Shown in pieces: positions 23,440 to 36,803 of a stretch of 64,000 bases of DNA. Source of the DNA: Vicugna vicugna (Eukaryota). The DNA lies in the NCBI GenBank assembly GCA_013265495.1, contig MU058009.1, positions 1,428,001-1,492,000 on the forward strand. The letters run 5' to 3'. The stretch's first letter is position 1. Each line of letters starts with the position of its first letter. The translations under genes and the position numbers were made by a program. The notes below the pieces were generated by a model, which worked only from the letters and a program-made list of their open reading frames with translations, searched no databases and had not been told where the DNA came from.

Positions 23440-23870
23440 AATTAACATCCAAACAAGGGACCATCTGGAGAGTCATGAAAATCAGTAACTATGAGAAGGG
23501 TTGGAGAAGCTGAGTCTGTTTTGCTAGAGAAGAGATATTTTAAGAAAGTCAAGAGAGCTGACTTCAAATATCGGGACAATACTGTGACGACACAGTAGCC
23601 ACATTCGTTGAAGTGCCAGAGAGCAGAACGATGTCAGAATGGCAGACTTGCAGTTTAAGAGGGGAAAGAATTCAATTCCATGGAGGCAAGACAGTCTAAC
23701 AAGAGCCCGCCTACCAGTCGCGGAGCGGCTGCCCCAAGACGCGTGTGAAGTCCCACCCCGGGAGCCAGCGCCTCGCTGCGACTTGTCAGGCTCGCAGCGC
23801 AGGATTCCTGTACTAGGAGGGAGATGGGGTTAGACCTCTAAGGTCCCTTCCAAATATAAGATGCTATCTG
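23440..23870 (+). mobile_element. L3/CR1 LINE 3' fragment
   Basis: tatgagaagggttggagaagctgagtctgttttgctagagaagaga...gacttcaaatat resembles CR1 ORF2 'YEERLKELGLFSLEKRRL...FKY'. Ends with the CR1/L3 terminus gacctctaaggtcccttccaa. Confidence 0.8.
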
Positions 23871-24299
23871 TGTAAGTAATTGCCAATCAGAGTCTTAGGT
23901 ATCGCCTTGGGTGCTCCTCTCTGGGTCAAAGACGTTTAGATTCACTTTCCCCTCACTGTAAGATCATCGAGGAGGTTCACATCTTTGAATCAGCTGTCAG
24001 CAGAAATAGTGATGGAGGATAAACTCCCAGACATTCAGTCTGATTAACTGGTACAGCAGAGTCTTGGTTGAGAAAGATGCAGGGGCCCATCAGGCCAGTT
24101 GGAGTTAAGTGTTACCATCGTGTGCCCGTCTCTTTGCCTCCTCTAAGGAAAAAAGTCATTTCCACCTTCGGTTGTTTGAGTTTGGAGATCTTTTGGTATT
24201 CAGTAGGGGGTTTGTTTGTTTGTGTGCCGGCCTGGCGTTCTAAAATGCATCATAATAAACACGTGGGTGGCCAAACCACTCTTGTGTCTCTTGTTGGGG

Positions 24300-24480
24300 A
24301 GAGTTAAGAGCACATAGTCTACAGACGAGTTTTGGTCTCAGCTCAGTCCTTTGTGAGCTGGGTGGCCTCGTGCACGTGGCTTCATTTCGTGGTCCCCATT
24401 CACTCCTTTCTGAAATGGAGTATTTTACAAGTTTAGAGGAATCAAGTGAGGAAATACATGTGAAAATACTTTATATGCTC
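24300..24480 (+). mobile_element. MIR SINE
   Basis: Contains gttaagagcacatagtct...ctttctgaaatggag...atacatgtgaaaatacttt. Confidence 0.6.
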
Positions 24481-26129
24481 TGAAGTACCTTTCAGAATTT
24501 AGCTAAAGTCATTCAAATTGCCTCAGCTGTGTGTCATGGTCAGTGCTAAACAAAAGCAGCCCATTTTCCACTCCATGCATTAGACATCTTTTTTTTTTTT
24601 TTGCCTCAAAAGCAACACTTCTTGGTCTTCTCATAAGTTCTGTAGAAAGACAAATGATTGTTGAGAACTGTCATGTTGAGTCTATACTTAAGTGGAAAAA
24701 ACCTGAGGTCAGAATCCAGAAAATTGTCTTCCCCAGACTCTCAGCTCTAGGCTGGCATCGATAAGCCAGCAGACGGTTAGCAGGAACTCTTGGGCTCCAC
24801 GAAGCGAGGCTCACAGCGAAGGCAATCAGCCTGGAAATGGGTAGGGGGTGCAATTCTGAGTATCAAGTCTCCCGCCTCAATTGCTTGTGGTTACTAATGA
24901 CACTTGGCATCTCAACAGTACCTCTGCTCTAAGGGGAAAATGCTCAGAGAGCCCCTCCAAGGTCAAGTGGCAAAAAGAAACTTCCCCAGGAGAAGAGGTG
25001 TACCATCTCACGAAACAGGGTTTAGCAGTGTTGCTCACGTGCTTGTGGAAGTAAACCTGTGTGGCCCGGCTGTATCAACCATCTCTGCCAACAGGCATTT
25101 GGCAGCTTGATTCAGGCCTTTTCTGCATAACATGGAGGCTGTCTGTGCTGTTTTCTTTCAGCATGATCACAGAAGACGTGTGGCCACAGAACTTCAGTCT
25201 ATTATCAAAGGTGCAGTCAAACATGACACTTCTCAACTGTGGCAACAGACACACCCTGGAGAGAGAGAGCTTTACACCTTCACAAGTAAACAGGGAAACC
25301 GATGTCTTGTGAGCTCTCGTGCAGACCGAGACAACTGTGTCCTAACTCTGAAAGCCCAGCTTAGGGCTGAGCAGGACCGTGCATAGTGACAACACCGAGA
25401 AGCTGGCCTCTGCTGGTGCATTTCCCTGCCTTTTCCAAACGGACACCTGAGTCTTTGAGCTGCTGCACACAGCACGGGGTTTCACACTGGGGCCTCCCAT
25501 CTCCACTTGCTTTCAGGACTTCAGGCTCTCATTGCCTGACAGCAGATTCTTCAGCTAGAACTTTCTGTGGCCCGTGCTCCCCTGACACATTTCTCAAGTG
25601 ACAGGACCTAATTCTTCCAAACCTTCTGCATTCATTCACCTTCATTAGGATACCCATCTGAGGTACCTGCTCTGAGTGGCAAAAGTGAGCTTCCAGAGAC
25701 TGACTCTTATGTGAAAGGAATGACTTCAGCTGCAGAAATTTGGTGCATCATTGCAAAAGCCGGCAGGAAAGATCAGTTGTTGACAAAACTCTGAGGACCT
25801 GCAAAATCAGAGCATACAGAAAGCCGCCCACCTTGCTCAGGCCGGGATTCCGAGCTGCAGGAGGGGACGCCCCCGTCCACTGTTACATGTTCCCGATGTG
25901 GTGCCTCAGCCAAAGCAAGAGGGGGCAGCGCTCCTGGGCCGACACGCACCCCAGGTCTCTAGCCCGTGCGGTCCGAGACTAAACTGAAGACGAGGTAGCC
26001 AGGCCTTTAGGAAAGAAGGTAAGAAACAGTACCTTGGTACACAGATGCTCTCAATGTCACTGGCTTGCGGGGAGCACTAAATTGATGCCTTTGGGCATTC
26101 GGTCATTTGCACTTAAATTCTAGTTACTT

Positions 26130-26500
26130 AAGCATGTATTTAACCAACGCTCATTGCGCGTTACTATATGCCAGGGGTGTTCTGGTCACTGGGGATCTAG
26201 CGATAATGAGGCATAGCCCTGCCCTCCAGAAGCTCACAGTCTGCTGAGCAGACACGAAGGAAAAGCAAATTAAGAGACAGTGCTGATAAGCTCTGGGTGC
26301 AGTGGGGACTTAGAGCGGGGGCACCTGCAACAGTCTAACGGGGTCAAGAGAAGCTTCATGGAAGATGTGCTGTCGAAGCTGAACCCTGAGAGAAGCCAAG
26401 CAGGGCTGCCTGGGAAGACAGACGGAAGGCTGGCTTTCTTGGCAGTGAGTCCAACTTAAGGTGAGAGAGATCAGAGCACATGAGAGAAGGAGAGTTTTCC
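26130..26500 (-). mobile_element. L2 3' fragment
   Basis: Contains tactatatgccaggggtgttctggtcactggggat...ccctgccctccagaagctcacagtct. Confidence 0.75.
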
Positions 26501-27004
26501 AGCGTGACCAGACACAGAGCAGGAGAGGCGGATTTGGAGAGAAAGCCTTGAGGATGACTGTATTGGGTTTATGTGTTTTTGGTGTCACTTATAGCCAAAG
26601 GCCTGGCCGGGTGGAACCTCCCTGAGGGTGCGTCTTGTCTGACTACGGTCATGGAATCATGATGTTAGAAGGAGTTTAGTGGTAACCTGGTACAAGACCT
26701 GACCCCAGTGCTTAATTACCCTACATGACACCTAAACAGGTCCCCAAGAGCCTGCCCCAGAAAGCACCTGCAGTGCGGAGGCTGAGCTGTAAAACGGGCA
26801 AGGGGCAGCTGCACAGAAACAGGTCAGTTGGGCAGGCCTTGCTGACTCCGGAACCAAAAGCAGCTGCTGCCTCGCTTTAAGCGACGGCCAGGGACTTCCC
26901 CCTGGGCTTCGGGCGGAGCAGCTCCTGCTGGAGATCATGAGACGAGTACCCTGGTCCTGACCTGGAGACGAGCCCAGAGGTCTACCTGTGGCCTCTGGTC
27001 AGCT

Positions 27005-27568
27005 CTCCAATCCACTCCCCATACCACAACCAGCCTGATTATTTCAAAACAAACATCAAGTTACCATCTGTGAAACCTTAAATGTTTGAAAGGAACAAAC
27101 CATCTTAAGGGGACTCCCACTGCTTTTAGGATGAAACCTGAATTTTTCATGTAGCCTCCAAGTCCCTATAGATCCCAGCCTAAATCTCAGATTCATTTTG
27201 GTAGCCCTGTCCCCTCCCTCTGGCCAGACCAGCCATATTTTTGATTCTTAAGTTCACTACCAAGAGCGTTTACACCTGCTGTTCCTTCCTTCTGGAAAGC
27301 TCTCCCTGCTGCCCGCTTCAGCCCTGGCTCGGGGAACTCAGGCATCCATTCATTCTGATTTGAGTCCTCTTGTGATATGAATTCATGGTACCGATCTCAG
27401 TTTTTAATTACATATTTAGCAGCACAAGTATTTAATTAGTACATTCATACTCTCTCTCCAGGCTACTAACCCCAGGAGAGTGGAGACGATCCGTTTTGCC
27501 CATTATTGTATCCCCAACGCTTAGCACGTGGTCAGGCTTCACAAGCTATGGACTTGAATGAATGAATT
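27005..27568 (+). mobile_element. L2 3' fragment
   Basis: Contains ctcccactgcttttaggatgaaacc...tgtatccccaacgcttagcacgtgg...ttgaatgaatgaat (L2 terminus). Confidence 0.75.
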
Positions 27569-27799
27569 TTTGTCCTGATTCATTCAGTTTTATAGCATAT
27601 AAAACTTTTTAACTAAAAAAGTTAGATCAGATCAATTTATGCATTTCACCCTCAACCTTCCTCACTAAAATGAAATTGAAAGTTACCCAAAACCGTGATT
27701 TTCCTGGAATATTGCCAACGTGAGAGTCTCTAACCAAACAGTAACTTCTTGGTGAGACTTGGCAGCTGTTTCTAAAACCTAAACTCCTGCCTCACCTCT

Positions 27800-28010
27800 C
27801 CCTATTTGTCTTCGCCTGCTTTAATTTTTTCCTTACTGCTAATTGACATTTAAATAAATTTAAATAAGTGTGTCTATTTTATTGTGTCTCCTACTAATAG
27901 AAGGTTAGCTCCGTGAGGGAGAAAAATTTGATTTTTTTTTCTTCACAACCATATTCCCAGTGCCTAGAACAAAGCTTAGGACACATTAGGATCTCAATAA
28001 ATATTTGTTA
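27800..28010 (+). mobile_element. L2 3' terminus
   Basis: Contains tagaaggttagctccgtgaggg...tattcccagtgcctagaacaaagc...ctcaataaatatttgtt. Confidence 0.75.
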
Positions 28011-28131
28011 TCAAATACTGTATCTCAGTTCAGCACCATTGGACCCACCAATTCCGGTACAAATGTCTTCTCAACAAAATCGAATATGCCACGAGAAAAT
28101 CAGCTTTTTCTGATGGGATGGGTTTTACAGA

Positions 28132-28444
28132 CTGGTGTTGTCCAATATGGTGTCCACCTGCCACATGTGGCCATGGAAGTCTGAAATGTGGCTAGTCCAA
28201 ACTGAGATGTGCTCTAAATGTAAACTATACACTGGATTTCAAAAAATTAGTACGAAAAAAGGAATGCAAACTATCTCATGAATTATTTTATATTGATTGC
28301 TTGTTGAACTGATCATACTTTGGATATACTGAGTTAAATAAAATATATATTATTAAAATAAAGGTTTTTCGTACTTTTTTAACAAGGCTACTAGAAAATT
28401 TAAAATTACACATGGGTCAACTATATTTCTATTGGAGAATGCTG
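28132..28444 (-). mobile_element. MER33 (hAT-Charlie non-autonomous DNA transposon), near full length
   Basis: Terminal inverted repeats ctggtgttgtccaata ... tattggagaatgctg. Internal gccacatgtggc, tgaaatgtggctagtcc and ggctactagaaaatttaaaattaca match the MER33 consensus; ~313 bp. Confidence 0.88.
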
Positions 28445-31400
28445 TTCTTGAATATAGTATTCCAAGGCCTAAAAATATTTTGGGGGGAGTGAATCTTAAG
28501 ACGCAAATCAAAATGTAAGGAGTCCAATCTTTTAATCCTCTTTGAAAGAGTTCATGGTATTGGCGTGTAAGGAATGACAGTTTCAGGAAACAAATTCACT
28601 TTTACATGGAGTTTTAATGTCTTTCTTTTCCAACCATGAAACAAAGGAATTTTGGTAGAACCCAGAGTGGGCTGGGGAGCCTAAACTCAGAGAATGGTAA
28701 AGGATTATTTATTTGCTTCATTATCTGGCATACAATTATTATTCTCATTGTCTTAGGTTTGAATGAATTCATGAACAAGACTGACCTAGCTTGTCTTAAT
28801 GTTCTTATCACCCTTGTTATGTTTCAGAGCTGTATTCCTCCTACAAAGATACATGCAGGCTCTTTAGAGGTGTTATGGCCACTTTATAGTCCGAACTGAA
28901 AAGCTTGTTTTCCCGTGAGCCACTCATCTAAAAAGGGTGGCTTAAATCAAAGAAGGTGACACCCGTCAAGGCATCAGGAAGCCCGGCGCACGTGAGTGTC
29001 CCTGGGACTCACACAGAGGAGCATGTTCACTGAGTCCCTTTTGCGCCTCTCAGTAGGCTTTCCAGATGATAACGTGTTGAACCTATCTTTGAGGGGTGCA
29101 ACGCTTTGTGTTTAGTGAACACAGAAACAGTTAATTTCAACATCGTGTGGTAAACTCTCTGATAAAGAGAAACACTGGGTGCAATGAGTGTACAAAAAAA
29201 AAAAGAACCAGACCCAGCTTGGTCAATGCCTGTGTGTGCGTGTGCATGTGCATGTGCGTGCGTGTGTGTGCGAGGTAGGGGTGGTGAGAGACGTAGTCAG
29301 GGAGGAACAGCGCTATATCGCCAATTGAAGATCGATGTTATCGATGACTTAATAATTAGACTTTCCTCGCTTATCGCCACCTCATGACAGATACACGAGA
29401 CTAGTTTGAAAGTGATGACTTCCTTCTTATCAGGACTTTCGCTGTAACTGTTCGAATGGTTTGTGCTAATAAGGAGCAAAGAGATCAAGGGGATAAGACG
29501 GTTGTGATGGAGGCTCTCTGCATTTCTTTACTTTCTAAGAAATTCTGCCATCAAGCAGGGAGGCTCTCCTTCTTCCTTAACTCTGATGGCACGGGTGCTC
29601 TGGTTACTCGGCCAATCGTCTCTGGCAGTCCACGCGTCCACCCAAGCACCTCTCTGAGCATTTGAGCAAATGCAAGATGACTTCTTGACAGAGCCTTGGT
29701 CTGGCCTGAAGGGGTCCTCTGGGGTCCATTTTTGGAGGGATTGAAAGGCCTTTTATCTGGTGAAAGAAGAGGCCACCTTCTCAAATGCCTAATAGAATAT
29801 CCAAACTTTGTCATCCACACATCCAGGATCAAAAGCTTGTGGAAATTCCGTCAGTCAGGAAGCTGCTCTAGACCCAGCTACGGATGTGAAATGTAAATTA
29901 TTGAATTTTAACTCCTATCCAAATCACAGGTAAATGAATTCGTGTTCAGCGAAAAGGAGCTCAAGTTATTCTAAATTTGATGATTTTTATCAAATAGGAT
30001 TATCAGAAAGCAAAGGTCCTACTCCCCTTCTCCCAACACAAAATGTCTTCTCCTAAGGTTCCAGGCTATGTCCTTGACTTGCACCCAATATTTAGTATAG
30101 TTAAACATATATCATAATAATAGTAAATTATTATAATTAATAAAATAATTGATTATTCATTATCACCCTACATTTTATCCTACACTAAGCCATTGTTAAA
30201 TAGATAATTCATTAAGTAGCTCAATGACCTTCCTGCATCCAAAAATTCATTTTAACTTAGAATATGAAAAAAAAAGGTTTTTATTTGTTGAAAACACCAT
30301 AACCCATCATGTTTTTTTAATTATTATTATTTTAATCACTTTGCCTTCCAGAGAGCCCAGGCAGAGCTCATGTTCTAACAAAGCAACACTTTATTAGAAC
30401 ACTTCCCAGAGGGGACCCTACAGGTCACTCCTGAAGATGCTTTTCAAAACACATGTGCAGGGGCAACAGGTGTGAGGAAACAGGTTTCCAGTTCCATGGG
30501 TGTATTAGCCATCCGAAGAGATCCAGCAATAAATGTTTGAATTTGTGTTACCCACCCTTTCCTGAGTGTGTTTGATTCCAGAATTCTGCCTTTGCGTAAC
30601 TGCCCAGAAGCAGCACGGGAAGTCGGGAAGGGCTGACCGAGGGCGTGGAATGACTTTGCTTCCCTCCGCCTTCTGGAGGTATCGTGTTCCCATGCCTGGA
30701 CCTGCCTTTTACATAAATACTACAGGCCTAGACCATAAATATGTTGTGAGTGTGAGTGTGTCTGCATATGTCTGTGGGTGATAGAAGCATAAATGCTCAT
30801 ACAGGAAGGCATGACTTCTGTTCCTTTTGTTAAATCTCTATAGCTGCCTTTTACTTATGCATGGTGGGGTGTATGTTTATTACACAGAAGGCCTCAGTTT
30901 CAGATGGGCCCACCTGACAGGTGATCCCCAGTCTGCTCCCGGCAGGACCTGCACCTGAGCAGAGCCTTCTAGGGAAAACCCGAAGCCCTTCAGGAAGTGG
31001 TCTGCCGTGATGTGAAGCAGTAGGTGGTGAGTTTCCTTCTGAGTCAGGGCTGCCACAAGGGGGTCCCCAGGAATTGACATCTCTCAGAAAAGATGTAGAG
31101 GTGTCAGTGCTGAGGTCATGACCGCCTGTCCGTTTGCCGCGGGCCCCCTAGGGCTTTTCCCGAGCCACTGAGATTAATAGAACCTAAACCAGATTCTAGT
31201 CCAGGTCCTCCTCTCTCTCTGAAACCACCTGCTCCCCTGTTTTAGTACTTCCTTGGAGTATCTTGGGTTGCCCGTTTGGGGTTTCACATGTTCCTACCAC
31301 GAAAGGCACATCCCTGGGTTACGTCCGGAACAGCATCATAAAGATGTGCCCCACCCCCGCCCCACGTTCAATTTGCATTTTCTTCCACATCTTTATCATG

Positions 31401-32824
31401 AGAAGACCGAGTTGAAAGATGCTCGAAAAATACCACACGCCTGGGGCAGCACTAATAATGCTGCCTCCGCTCTTCTCTACTCTGCCTGGTCTCAGTGCCC
31501 GTCTCCGGAGGCGCCTTTCTGTAGGGCTATGATGGACTCGTTCCTAAAGAAGCAAACTGCCCTGCAAGGACCTCATGTTGCTGTAAAAGAAACCTAGAAC
31601 TCTGGACACTTAGTCGAAACCCCGCTTTATTCACCCAAAGATAACTTGCCATTTGAAATAGCCATTGTTCTCAAGTGTACTTTCGTGTGTCATCTTGTTT
31701 CCCACCAGCCTGCGTGTGTCTTGAGGGCAGAGGTTCTACTGAGCAATCTTTGCATCTTCATTGCCCAGGAGAGCTCAGCTACACACTCACATCTTAATCA
31801 ATGTGTGCTGAGTAAATGGAGAAATAAAGTTGGCACCAGTGACCTGGGAAACTATGGCAGATTCATTCACTTGAAAGAGCAAAGTCGTCTTGACTGTGTG
31901 TGAGCACACCTGACTGTCCTGTATGGCTGGATTACTGCATTCTGTTGAATCTTACTCTGTGGTTGGCTTTAATCCTCTGATAACTGTGTAATTTTAAAAA
32001 GCTAAAGCTCTAATCTGTTCTTAAAAACAGTCATCAGTACATATACGTAAACTAAAAAAAAATCTGCAGTGTATTGTATATACGTGTTTACGTGCAATAT
32101 CATGTGCTCGTGCAGTCACACTGTAATGGTTCTTCCTAGTAAAGCTGAAAAAGGAAAAAGAAAGAAAGAAAAGGCAAAATCAGGACACCAAAGAGTTGGG
32201 GCACTCACTGTCCTATCAGGATGTGCTGCCGCTTCACGTCTGACCTATGCCCCTCCTGCTGCAGCTGAAGGACATTTCTCCTGGTTCTGTCCTCAGTCAG
32301 GACCGAAGGCAGATGTCATGTCTGAATGGACTCTGTATTCTGACACGGCTGAAAACCTCCAGTCAGATTCTTTTCAAAGCTTTTCTCTGTTACTGAAACT
32401 GCTTCTAAGATTTCAGAAACACTGGCCAGTTTCTCCTGTGTCAGCTGCTGTCTGGAAATTCCTACTTAGGGAAGAACTTGACATCTTAGAGCTCCTTACC
32501 TCTAGAACACTCCAGATAATTCCAAGCTGTCTGTTCTATCATTCTACTTTGAAAGCTGGGGAACATCAGACCCCGTGAAAGGCAGTGAGTCCGCATAGGA
32601 TTCATACCCTCAGTGAAAGGTTGACTTTTTCTCCAACAGCCAACACTGTTTCCTGGACTAAAATTGTCATTAAAAAAAAAATCAGTATTTCTGAAACTTT
32701 GGCCCCATGAACCAGTCTCCCCAGGTGCTTATTAAAAGATTATATTTTACCAGAAGTATCAGTGAAATCTGAATGAAATCTGTCGGTTAGTGGATAATAA
32801 TGTGCCGTGGTTAGGTTAACAAAT

Positions 32825-33400
32825 TAGCATCAGGCTTCTGGGTACAAACCCAAAATAACTGAAAGCAGAGACTCAGACGCATATTTGAGCTCCATGTTCA
32901 CAAGAGGCGAAAAGGTGGAAGCCGCCCACACGCCCACTGACGGCAGGATGGATCAACAGCATGTGGTGTGTACGTTTGTGTAAGGTTGTTGTTCATCCTG
33001 TTTCTTCCTTTCAGGAAGAAAATTCTGACACAGGCTACGACGGGGATGAAACTTGAAGACATCATGCGAGATGAAATCAGCCGGTCACAAAACGGCACAT
33101 ATCGTGTGATCCCATTTCTGTGAGGTTCCTAGAGCAGTCAGATTCCCAGAGACGGAAAGTAGAACGCTGGTGTGACGGGGCAGGTGGCGGGGTGGGCGGC
33201 CAGGGAGAGTGGAGAGCTGCTGTTAGATGGTACAGAGCTTCAGATCGGGAAGGTGAGAGCACTCTGGAGATGGGTGAAGGCGTTGTCTGCACAAGCATTT
33301 GAGTGTATTTAATGTCACTCAACTGTACGTTTACGTTTCAAAGTAGTTACATAAAAAATTTTATATTCTATCTATTTTACCAAAACTTACAAAAAAGACA
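32825..33400 (+). mobile_element. L1MB-type LINE-1 (ORF2 end plus 3' UTR)
   Basis: Contains aactgaaagcagagactcagac...gatgaaacttgaagacatcatgc...cagagacggaaagtagaa...gtacagagcttcag...tgtatttaatgtcactcaactgtac...ttttaccaaaac. Confidence 0.85.
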
Positions 33401-35724
33401 CATTAGAGGAAGTGAGATGAAAGGTATATTGATTTCCCAGTGCTGTATTCGCAACTTTTTTGTAAATCTAAAATGCTTCCCCAAAAAAAAGTTTATTGAA
33501 AAAATAACCATAAAAACACTACAGGACGATTAGATGAATGTCACCACCACCACCAAGACAAAGACACTTCTGGCCTCCATATGAAACTGTTCTCAGGATC
33601 TCTGGAGTAGAGGTGCTGAGGGTGTAAGAAGCCTCATTTTTAATAACGTCAAAAATTTAAGAACAGCTATTTTTAAGACGTTCCTATCAACTGTTTTGCA
33701 AATTATCTTCCTTCTTCCTGCCTCTTTCAGTCGGTGACGGAACAAAATCCACACTTGAATTCCTGAGCGACCAGTTTCTTCTGTGGATGCTGCTTTGCCT
33801 CTGTGCTCAGATGAAGCTGTGAGTTCAACACGGGCCACTGGGATTGCCTGTAACCCTGGGACTAATGGCGTTGCCAGCGTCTACTCCATCCCTGAGTCTT
33901 TCTCCACGGCCCCTGCTTTCCCTCCGCTTCCACGTCTCGACCTTGTGAAAAGGGCTCCCTTCCTGAGAAACTCAGGAACCGTGGACTGACTGGGTCACGA
34001 CCAAGCTGATTCCTGTCTCTTTCCTCACCCACTTGCAACAACCCCTTTCAACAAGGGTCAGCGCCAGATGTGTAACTGGATACGAGAGCAACAGGCAGGA
34101 GGAGGGGGCAGGAGCGTCAGGTCGTGCTGGGCTCCCGCCAGGCCTTCCTGCTCCGGTGCTACACCCCATAAACAGGAGGAAAGAGACATGCTGCTGTCAC
34201 GACCGTGGGCGTGTCGGGCTGGGAGCTCTGAGGCCAGCCAGCAGGTGCTGGTTCCCCCACGAAAGCCCAGCCACTATGCTCTCAGCGCCTCTGTTGACCA
34301 CTTGCAAAGCGACAGAATTAGAAGAGAGAGACTCTAAGGGCATCTCCAGCTTTGAAAATCTATGACGGGATAAAAGACCATCCTGACCTGAAGCATTTAG
34401 GCCACTGTCCTTTGGGGGGTGAGACTAGCATCTTTTGCAGCTCAGAATTTTTGAATAAAGAGCTGGTGGTAGGGTGACTCAAACACAGCTTCTGAAAGCA
34501 AGACAATCGTATAACTTACTCAATTTCTCCACTCCTCCTAAAGGGGGGGATGCAAGGAAAGAGGAAAGTGGCATCTGAGAGACACTCAGAAGTGACTGTG
34601 TCCTTTTGTGTGTGTGAATGGCTCCTAGCCCATTGCCTGTTCTGCTTGAAGAAAAGGAAACTGGGACAAGGACAAGCTGAGTGTTCAGAGAAGATGGGGA
34701 AGGTGAGGCTCGGCGATGGCCCCATGCTTTCTCCCCACTTTCCTCCTGACCATTCATTTCTGATCCTTTCTGCAAACAAAAGCTCCCCCGGAGAATCTCA
34801 TGACTCTGACTGAGCTGACCCAAGCTTTGGAGCTTTGGAATCTGGGATTCTGAGATTTGGAGGTGGCACTCACATTTGTTGCTCAGGGTCGGAAGTTTGA
34901 GTGTTTGATCAATTTTGGGAAGGTGGCGGGGATAAACAGTGCTCAGGGCCAGTCTGAACTGCACAGAGCTAGCTTTAGAGACAGAGAGGCAGGCCACCTG
35001 CTAGCTGACCCCGAGAAGCCAAAGGAGAGAGCAATGACACAGCAAAGCCGCCATCTCAGGACGAGGGACTCCTTTGCTAGAGTTGCCCTTCACAGGATGA
35101 GCCCGACAGTGGAGACAGAGCAACTTCCTTAAGTGTTTCCAAGCTCCCCTTGGTGGGCTACGGGGTACAGGACCCTTGTAAGTGGCACCATAAGCCTCCC
35201 AGACATTTGCCCTCCACTCCTCCTGCTGCCCGGGTTCTCTTCTAGAATTGGAAGATTGTTCCGCCTGGTTTGTGGGCCCCTGATTTCATTCTTGCTGCTA
35301 CCGCGGCTGCTGTGATTGTTGGTGGATGGATGTCTTCAGGTCTTGGAGGCTGGGCAGACGAAGCTTTCACCGTGACTGACAGTGACATCTCAGAAGCACT
35401 CCGTTTCTCTGACTTGGGGACCAAAGGAAAAACACGCACGTTGAGCCACCCGCCTGTGGCCGAAGAGACTGACTAAGTGTGGAAGAAGCGGGTCGCTGTA
35501 GCCAGTGGAGGAAAGGGCTCAGCACACTCCTTGCAGGAACGGCCACAGCTTCCCAGCCCCAGGACACCCCCAGGCCAGAGGGCCCAGCTCACAGGCTGGG
35601 CATGGACAGCCAGAGGCCCTGAGTGGCTGCAGGTTCCCACCGGGCTGCGTCTGAGCCTGATCTGCCTGCTCTGCACTCCGGATGCAGGGGGCAGCGCGGG
35701 TGGTGTCCAGACACGGCAGCCTCC

Positions 35725-35870
35725 TCATTGCAGCCCTGCTGCTCATTTGTCTAGTGACCTGAGTGAGTTATTTACCGTCTTCAAGCTTTGACTCTCTGTC
35801 TATGAAGCAAAGCTCAAACGTCTCTCAATTCAGAGTGAAGGAACTGGGAACACAGTAGATGTTCAATAAA
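35725..35870 (+). mobile_element. MIR fragment
   Basis: Contains gtgaccttgagtgagttatttacc-like sequence and the terminus acacagtagatgttcaataaa. Confidence 0.55.
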
Positions 35871-36758
35871 GGCATGTCTCCATTCTTCTACGGGAACCTT
35901 GATCATTTGGTTTTCCAGCATCTTTCTAAGGAAAAAATTAAAGTGAATTCTTCCATGAACTGCCACCTCGCATAGCCGTAGAGGAAAAACCACTCTCTGG
36001 CCACGGCAACTTCCTCTTGTTCCTGGTGATGTCGTGAACTCCCCGTGTATCCCTGATCCCAGCCATTTTCTGCTCCTTGTCTCAATGTCCCATCTGTGAA
36101 AAAGTCCCCGCCACCTACCGCCCTCAGTTCCACTGAACAGAAGTCCCTGAACTGCCCACCGCACCCAGCTCCGGGTCCCCCATCTTCACCTCCATGCAGA
36201 TGATGTCTCCATGCTCCTGGGTCGGGGGTGCTCAGATTCCTGACACTGACTGTCACACCCACAGGCCATGTCAGTTAGAGCTTACTGAGTATGACTTCTG
36301 CAATAAAGATTAGACCCAGGTGATCCCTGCCTACAGCACAATTACTATCTAATCCTGCCCCAATCGGGGGTTACTGGTCTCTTCTGAGTCATACGGGATC
36401 CTTGGCAGAAGGAAAATAAAAGCTTGAAAAGTCTATCGGAAATACCAGCACCCACACCAGCCACCCCGGACGGCTGCAGGGCCGTGGGGCTCCTGGCTCT
36501 GGCTTGGATGCTGATGTCTGGGGGCCCCGCCTGTGAGCTCGGAGGCAGAGAGGCGGCCACAGGGAGTATTTATATACTTATATCTATAACCGCCTCAGCA
36601 CAGAAGGTGGCTCAGTATAAACGCTCACCACAAGGGAAGTAGGTCTTGATTATTATTATTCGTGGAGGAGAACTAGCCAAGGACGGACAGCAGCAACCAA
36701 AGTGACAAGATAGCTGAAGTTTTTCTAGGCTCATCTCTGCATCTCTGCATCTCTGCAT

Positions 36759-36803
36759 CTGAGTTTCCACGGGGACCACGCACAGGTCCCCGTGGAAACT
36801 CAG
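36759..36803. repeat. Perfect inverted repeat, 19-bp arms, 7-nt spacer
   Basis: ctgagtttccacggggacc (36759-36777), spacer acgcaca, then ggtccccgtggaaactcag (36785-36803). Confidence 0.97.

Noticed and set aside
27553..27590. tgaatgaat/attcattca inverted repeat at an L2 end, as a possible L2-derived miRNA
   Set aside because: Only ~9 bp of pairing, with no extended stem from a second L2 tail.
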